A stretch of DNA of 15,029 bases from Octopus sinensis (taxonomy: Eukaryota): assembly GCF_006345805.1 (NCBI RefSeq), contig NW_021825657.1:1-15029 (forward strand), in the 5' to 3' direction. The notes below the pieces were generated by a model, which saw only the letters and a list, made by a program, of their open reading frames with translations, was not told the origin of the DNA and ran no database searches. The position numbers and the translations under genes are program-made. Of the stretch, positions 9,182 to 15,029 are shown in pieces. Each line of letters starts with the position of its first letter. The stretch's first letter is position 1.

Positions 9182-9244
<63 letters not shown>
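9182..9244. repeat. (TAC)21 microsatellite
   Basis: Perfect 63-bp run; explains the poly-T, poly-L and poly-S ORFs. Confidence 0.98.
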
Positions 9245-9462
9245 AGCGGCTTTGTTGTTTGTGTACTTCACAGTTTGGAAAGGATTTCTGTGCATGCATC
9301 TGTACGTGTGCAGAAGTCAACAACAACCACATACATGTCAATTGTATGATGGTTGTGTGTGTCAGTGGTATGTATAATGTTATGGTTAGGATATGGTATG
9401 GTCACAGTAGTGTTATGGTAAATGTATGGCTTAGCAGTGGAATGGTTTTGGTGTGGTGACTA

Positions 9463-9652
9463 CGAGTGGGTGTTAAAATACAGGAGGATCAGTTAATTAT
9501 GATTTTATTCAACATGTTCTCCTCTCAGATTCACACACTTCTGGCAGGGGCCCTTCAGTTTTTTTAAGCCCTGTAAAAGAACTCGGAAGGTTGGACTTCT
9601 GACCAGGCCTTTCACGACACCTTTAAAGCCAAGAGGTTTTCAGCACCCCTCG
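9463..9652 (-). mobile_element. Tc1/mariner-derived MITE (190 bp)
   Basis: TA flanks at 9461-9462 and 9653-9654; imperfect TIRs CGAGTGGGTGTTAAAA / CGAG-GGGTGCTGAAAA; minus strand keeps LQGLKKLKGPCQKCVNLRGEHVE* like a mariner transposase C-terminus. Confidence 0.85.
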
Positions 9653-11038
9653 TATACGATTATTGGAATAGTATGGTCACGGTATGTAAATATATTACTG
9701 CATTAACGGTATGGCTAGGGTATACCCATACCGTTTTGCCCCAGATTAGCCCTTGTTAGACATACCTATGATTAATGGCAGTTTTTCCATGATTTACCTG
9801 TCCTCTCATACAGTTTCTCTTAGACTAGATAATCCAACATGCGGAAAACACCACAATGTGATTTGAGGGAGGGTTGATTGTTCTTTCAAGCAATTTGAAC
9901 GACTATATAGAGACACCCTTGTAAGTTTGGTGTAATTGTTTTCACTGCCCCCTATCGGCAGAAGTTCGTACGGTGTATCAATGTTATAGCTTGGCATTTT
10001 CCAAGTAGCAGACAGGACAATGAGGTGCGACAGGTAAATATTTTGCAATACAGTCGTCTTTAGTAATTTCTAAAATTCTTTACTATTGTATACCCTGTGT
10101 TTTATATGCAACTATAACTGACTTTAACGTTATTCTTATTAAAGAGTTTGTGATGCCTGTAATTGGTGGGAATAGTTTCTTGATAAAATGATGAATTTCA
10201 TAGTTAAGCAAGATGGCATTAAACCAAATGCCCTTTCACTGTCGGCCCAATAGTTGTTCCATCAGTACATACTGCAGTATAATCTATTTTCGTTTTAGAG
10301 TTACTCTTTGTTCATAACATCTCTGAGGTGAGGACCACACCTTTCCTGGAAGAGTGTAGGCCTTTACAAGTTAGTGATATTGGAGCCTCAGTGAGTCACA
10401 AGATGGAGGAGTCCATTCCTTCCTCGATGTAACTTCACTTTATACTGGTTCACTTAAGCACCAAGACCGCGAAAGAAGACTAGAGCTTACACCTGACCCT
10501 TGGGATCGATGGGGAAATAGATATAGGGAAGGTGGTGAATGAGGGTTGACAGAGTAATTGTAAAGCGCTCCAGAGGAGTTTGCGTCTGATTTGCGTTCCT
10601 GACATTTTGTCATGTAGCATAACTCAAATATAGAGAACAATTACAGGCTGAAGGTGGTCAAGGGTGTGGGTTCTCTAACCGAGTCAGGTAGACTTTATCG
10701 TTATACGAGGCGGAGATCTGGAATAGCACACCGACATAAAATGATTTTTCTCCGTTTTGACGAGGATTTTTCAAACTATTTTTCACCATACACTTCAAAA
10801 TGACGGGAGGCAGCTTTTTACGACAAAGCGTTTTTAAAAAATTTCTTTTTTTTTTTAACACTCCCATCCCTCATGACGAAATTTTTCATTTATTTGTCAT
10901 TTGCACTACACTCTTACAAACGACAGGACAAGCCTTTTAAATGAATTATCCCCGCAAAAGCCATATCTATTCATTTTTTCAAATATATTTTACTGTACCA
11001 AGAACTTTTTTATTGTTCTACTATGTATATATGTGTGT

Positions 11039-11306
11039 AGACCGGGCGTTGTGTGTGTTTATTGAGCGAAAACACCTAAAGCTTCACGAGGCTCCGGCAG
11101 GGGATGGTGGTGATCCCTGCTGTACTCTTTCACCACAACTCTCTCTCACTCTTACTTCCTGTTTCTGAATATCCCCGAGAACTACGTTAAGGGTACACGT
11201 GTCTGTGGAATGCTCAGCCACTTACACGTTAATTTCACGAGCAGGCTGTTCCGTTGATTCGGATCAACCGGAACCCTCGTCGTCGTAACCGACGGAGTGC
11301 TTCCAA
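11039..11306 (+). mobile_element. SINE family B, headless, 50-bp internal deletion, tail type 1
   Basis: About 97% identical to 1429-1746 outside the deletion; 12-bp TSD ATATATGTGTGT at 11027-11038 and 11307-11318. Confidence 0.92.
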
Positions 11307-11593
11307 ATATATGTGTGTGTGTACTTGTGTGTGCGTGTTCTATTTTTAAAGAATTGTTGAAGTCCATAAAAATCCATCATTTTGGAGGACTCCTCCTTAT
11401 TTTTAATTATTGTACATTACCCCATATTTTTCAATTCTTCGTCGTAATTATTTTTACGTAATTGTTTTTATATGACTTGTTTGTTCCACGCTAAGACGTC
11501 TGTGTAAACCCCATTTAAGCATCTCATATTTTGTAGCTATGAATAATGTATGTATTCGCCCTCAGTAGCAAAATAAATGAAACAACAGCAACA

Positions 11594-11822
11594 ATAATTA
11601 TAACTCTTTCTACTAAAGACACAAAGCCTGAACTTTTGGGGGAGGGGACTAGCCGGTTACATCGACTGACCCCAGTGTTTCACTGGTACTAAATTTATCG
11701 ACCCCGAAAGGATGAAAGGCAAAGTCGACCTCGGCGGAATTTGAACTCACAACGTAACGGCAGACGAAATGCCGCTAAGCATTTCGTCCGGCGTTCTAAC
11801 GATTCAGTCAGCTAACCGCCTT
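11594..11822 (-). mobile_element. SINE family C, full length, tail type 1
   Basis: Reverse-complement match to 7566-7779 and 4162-4275. Confidence 0.9.
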
Positions 11823-11835
11823 ATTAATAATAGTA

Positions 11836-11874
11836 TTCTTCTTCTTCTTCTTCTTCTTCTTCTTCTTCTTCTTC
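11836..11874. repeat. (TTC)13 microsatellite
   Basis: Perfect run. Confidence 0.98.
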
Positions 11875-12224
11875 GCTTGTGCTGATAAGCTATTTTTTGT
11901 TCTCGTTGATGGCTAGTCTTTGACTTAATTTTCCAGTGACTGTTCATAATTAAGACGATAATTAAGAAGATATCATGCCTTATGTGTTTTTACAGAAGTA
12001 GCGAGGATTTTTTTCATTCAATTGATTCTCACAACCTTTTTAAAAAGACAATTTCTAATCAACTTTTTATTCCTTTCAGTGCAAGCTAGTCATGGTTGAA
12101 TTTTGACATCCTATCTACGTTTTAGAACTAATATTTTACAATACATCGAATTAATAATTTTACAAGCGTAACTATTTTAATAGACAAGTAAATTCTATCA
12201 AATTGTTTGTTTTCCTTAGGAATG

Positions 12225-12609
12225 CTTTACTCTTTTACTTGTTTCAGTCATTTTACTTTGGCCATGCTGGAGCACCGCCTTGAGTCGAGCAAATCGACCC
12301 CAGGGCTTATTCTTTGTAAGCGTAGTACTTATTTTATCGGTGTCATTGCCGAACCGCTAAGTTACGGGGACGTAAACACACCAGCATCGGTTGCCAAGCA
12401 ATGTTGGGGGACAAACACAGAGACACAAACATATATACATATATACGACGGCCTTCTTTCAGTTTCCGTCTACCAAATCCACTCACAAGGATTTGGTCGG
12501 CCCGAGGCTATAGTAGAAGACACTTGCCCAAGTTGCCACGTAGTGGGACTGAACCCGGAACCATATGGTTCGTAAGCAAGCTACTTACCACACAGCCACT
12601 CCTACGCCT
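12225..12609 (-). mobile_element. SINE family A, full length (best copy in the window)
   Basis: tRNA-like head with A/B boxes, CORE-like segment, short internal TA/CA tract, 3' region, GTAAAAGAGTAAAG tail; no clear TSD. Confidence 0.92.
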
Positions 12610-12724
12610 CAATTCATTTGAACATTTTCATTCTTTTGTGTTCGACCTCATTAATGTTAGCATCAGAGGAAGTATCTAACACCACACACACCTCAAAAGC
12701 AAAAAAAAAAAACAAGCATTTTAA

Positions 12725-12937
12725 TACTTTCAAATTTTAGCGCAAGGCCAGCAATTTCGCAGTAGGGGATGAGTCGAATACATCGACCCCAGTACTCAAC
12801 TGATACTTATTTTCTAAATCCAGGAAAGATGAAAGGCAAAGTCAACCTCAGCGAAATTTGAACTCAGGACATAGAGATGCACGAAATGCCGCTAAGCACT
12901 TTGTCCGGTGTGTTAACGATTCTGCCAGCTCGCGGCC
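12725..12937 (-). mobile_element. SINE family C, diverged, tail type 1
   Basis: GATGAAAGGCAAAGTCAACCTC, GAAATGCCGCTAAGCA, TAACGATTCTGCCAGCTCGC. Confidence 0.85.
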
Positions 12938-13038
12938 TCCAGAAAGCAAAATAATACAAATCAGGTCGATTTGTAGCCAGACATACATGTCTCAAACCTG
13001 AAAACTTTGGTTTTAAGTGGCCTCAGTTGCATTGACGC

Positions 13039-13412
13039 TTATTACCTTCGCCTTCGCTAAGGCGGAGGTATTGTTTTCAGTGGTCTTTGTTTGTTTGTTT
13101 GTCCGTGGGCAGGATATCTCATGAACCGCTGGATGGATTCAGATGAAACTTTTAAGGATGTTTGGCCTCGTGACTGACACGAACTAATTAGATTTTGGGA
13201 TAGACTCGGTACCAGACAAGGATTCTGGATTATTTTTCCTGCTTATTTACGTAATTTTTGAGAGCGGTCGGGTCCATTTTTAGTATACTCTTTTGTGAGA
13301 GCAGTCGAGTTTATTTCAGTTATTTTTATTTTAAAAAATATCTCCAGCTAATCGTTGAGAGGCCGTTGGTATTGCTTCGGCGGAGGTTTGCGCCCCCTGA
13401 GTGCTCTTGTTT
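13039..13412 (+). mobile_element. Probable non-autonomous Helentron (HINE / DINE-1-like)
   Basis: 5' TTATTACCTTCGCC with adjacent inverted partner AAGGCGGAGGTA, (TTTG)4, 3' subterminal GGCGGAGGT 13379-13387, degenerate 3' stem-loop and T-rich end. Confidence 0.75.
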
Positions 13413-13480
13413 CTCTTGCTATAGGTATCACAAAGGTTTCTAGTTCGTAATAAATTCGTTTGGAGTTGTAATCAAATTGT

Positions 13481-13879
13481 TTTATTCTTTTATTTCTTTC
13501 AGTCATGTGACTGCGGCCATTCTAGAGCACCGCCTTTTAGTCAAAGAAATCGACATCAGGACTTATTCTTTGTAAGCCTAGTACTTAGTCTATCAGTCCC
13601 TTTTGTCCAACCGCTAAGTTACGGGGACATAAACACACCAGCTTCGGTTGTTAAGCGATGGTGGTGGTGGTGATGGGGGTCAACACAGGCACAAAGGCAC
13701 ACACACACACACACACACGACGTGCTTCTTTCAGTTTCCGCTTACCAAATCCACTTCACAATGTTTTGGTCAGCCCGATACGATAGTAGAAGACACTTGC
13801 CCATGTCACGAATCGGGACTGAACCCGGAACCATGTGGTATAGAAGGAAGCTTCTTACCACACAGCCACACCTGCCCCT
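13481..13879 (-). mobile_element. SINE family A, full length, moderately diverged
   Basis: Colinear with 12225-12609; internal tract is (CA)n. Confidence 0.9.
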
Positions 13880-14931
13880 TATAAAAAAAATATCATTGTG
13901 GCATTTCAGAGCCATTCATTGTTTCCGATTTGGCGAGATTCTTGTTTCGGATGTTCGGTTTCAGATTCTTCATTTATTCCTGTTGTATTTCGCTCCTCTT
14001 ATCTTTTTTTTTTTTTTCAAATACGTCGTTTCGTTATTGAAATCTTTTAGAATTCGAAAGATCTTTCCCATTATTTCTTTTCCTTACATTAGTAGATTTA
14101 AGAGAATGTACTTCCTTTTGTAGCCAGTATGACATGCATATTTCGTTTAACCTGCTCATATTGATATCCGTGTCCATTTCTGTGCTGGCTACATATTATT
14201 CTTGTTGTTGTTGCTATTTTATCCTGGAGTTTTAACTGAAGAAGAACTTTCACTGCTCTGTAAGATCTATTGTCTTTAATTTTATATTTCTACCTTTTGT
14301 TTTCAGCATCAATGGCAGTTAGATACACGTGCGTTTGTATTTCTTCATTTCTCCTTTTCTCTTTTTTTTCTCTCTTTGTCAATCCTATTCTCCAGAAGAA
14401 GAGCAAATACTCGAAACATAAAACGCATTTCTTTCTTTATCCCCCATTTCCTGAGCGCCATCCTAATATACACCGTGTTCATCTTTTGGTTTTTTAAAAT
14501 TCCTCCTTATGCTGAATTCTTTGGACGGAGTTTACCATGCCATGATTTACGTCTTTAGAATTTCTTAAGTCTTCTTCATATATAATTTTTTTCTATATTT
14601 TGTTTGTATTGTTCTCTTTCAGAGTTTGTTGGTCAATATTCTGTAGTTTTTCTAGGGCTTGGTTTTATGTTTTTTCTTGCTTAATTACAATTGTTAGATC
14701 TCACTTTGCCTTTGACATTCTTAATATTCTTACATTTGTTCATTTATTTTTGCACCATTTCTATTTTCTTTATACATTCTTTATATCTTCTGAATTTTAT
14801 ATTTTATATATTATATTTTCTTTATATCTTCTGAATTTTATTTAAATTTCTGATATTTTGAGATTGTATCGTCTGAAGTTAGCTAAAGTTACACTTAGAT
14901 CCGAGCTATTTCCACCCAAGATATTATACGA

Positions 14932-14944
14932 GTATATATATAAT

Positions 14945-14978
<34 letters not shown>

Positions 14979-14987
14979 ATATATATT
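14932..14987. repeat. Imperfect (TA)n microsatellite
   Basis: Direct reading. Confidence 0.9.
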
Positions 14988-15029
14988 TGCTTGAGTGTTG
15001 CTGTAAAATATGCATGTAAAATATAAGCA

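Noticed and set aside
8435-9459. ORFs with YI repeats and poly-S, poly-T or poly-L
   Set aside because: They derive from TA/TG tracts and (TAC)21
10704-10725. TACGAGGCGG, resembling a mariner left end
   Set aside because: No convincing partner TIR found
12197-13482. ATCAAATTGTTT near the 3' ends of two SINE-A copies (12197, 13471)
   Set aside because: AT-rich 12-mer at different distances from the tails; insufficient for a target-site preference or TSD
14777-14841. 24-bp direct repeat at 41-bp offset
   Set aside because: Ordinary local slippage duplication in AT-rich DNA
1-15029. CRISPR array or prokaryotic operon
   Set aside because: No regularly spaced repeat-spacer structure; repeats are dispersed SINEs and microsatellites

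Overview
Non-coding, repeat-dense, AT-rich eukaryotic DNA. I found no intact protein-coding gene, RNA gene or CRISPR array. Most long ORFs in the track are translations of microsatellites or of SINE sequence. The window holds about 15 copies of three tRNA-derived SINE families (my labels A, B, C), two decayed LINE ORF2 fragments (RTE clade and L2/CR1 group), a mariner-derived MITE, a probable non-autonomous Helentron (HINE/DINE-1-like) and many compound microsatellites. The SINEs and microsatellite load resemble Octopus repeats as I remember them; this is an inference, not checked against a database. The most interesting signals are modular SINE architecture (swapped 3' tails, a hairpin module shared by two families, compensatory stem changes), two inverted SINE pairs, and an unexplained perfect 96-bp direct repeat. 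I see no evidence for a new protein-coding system. Boundaries without a TSD are approximate (about 10 bp).
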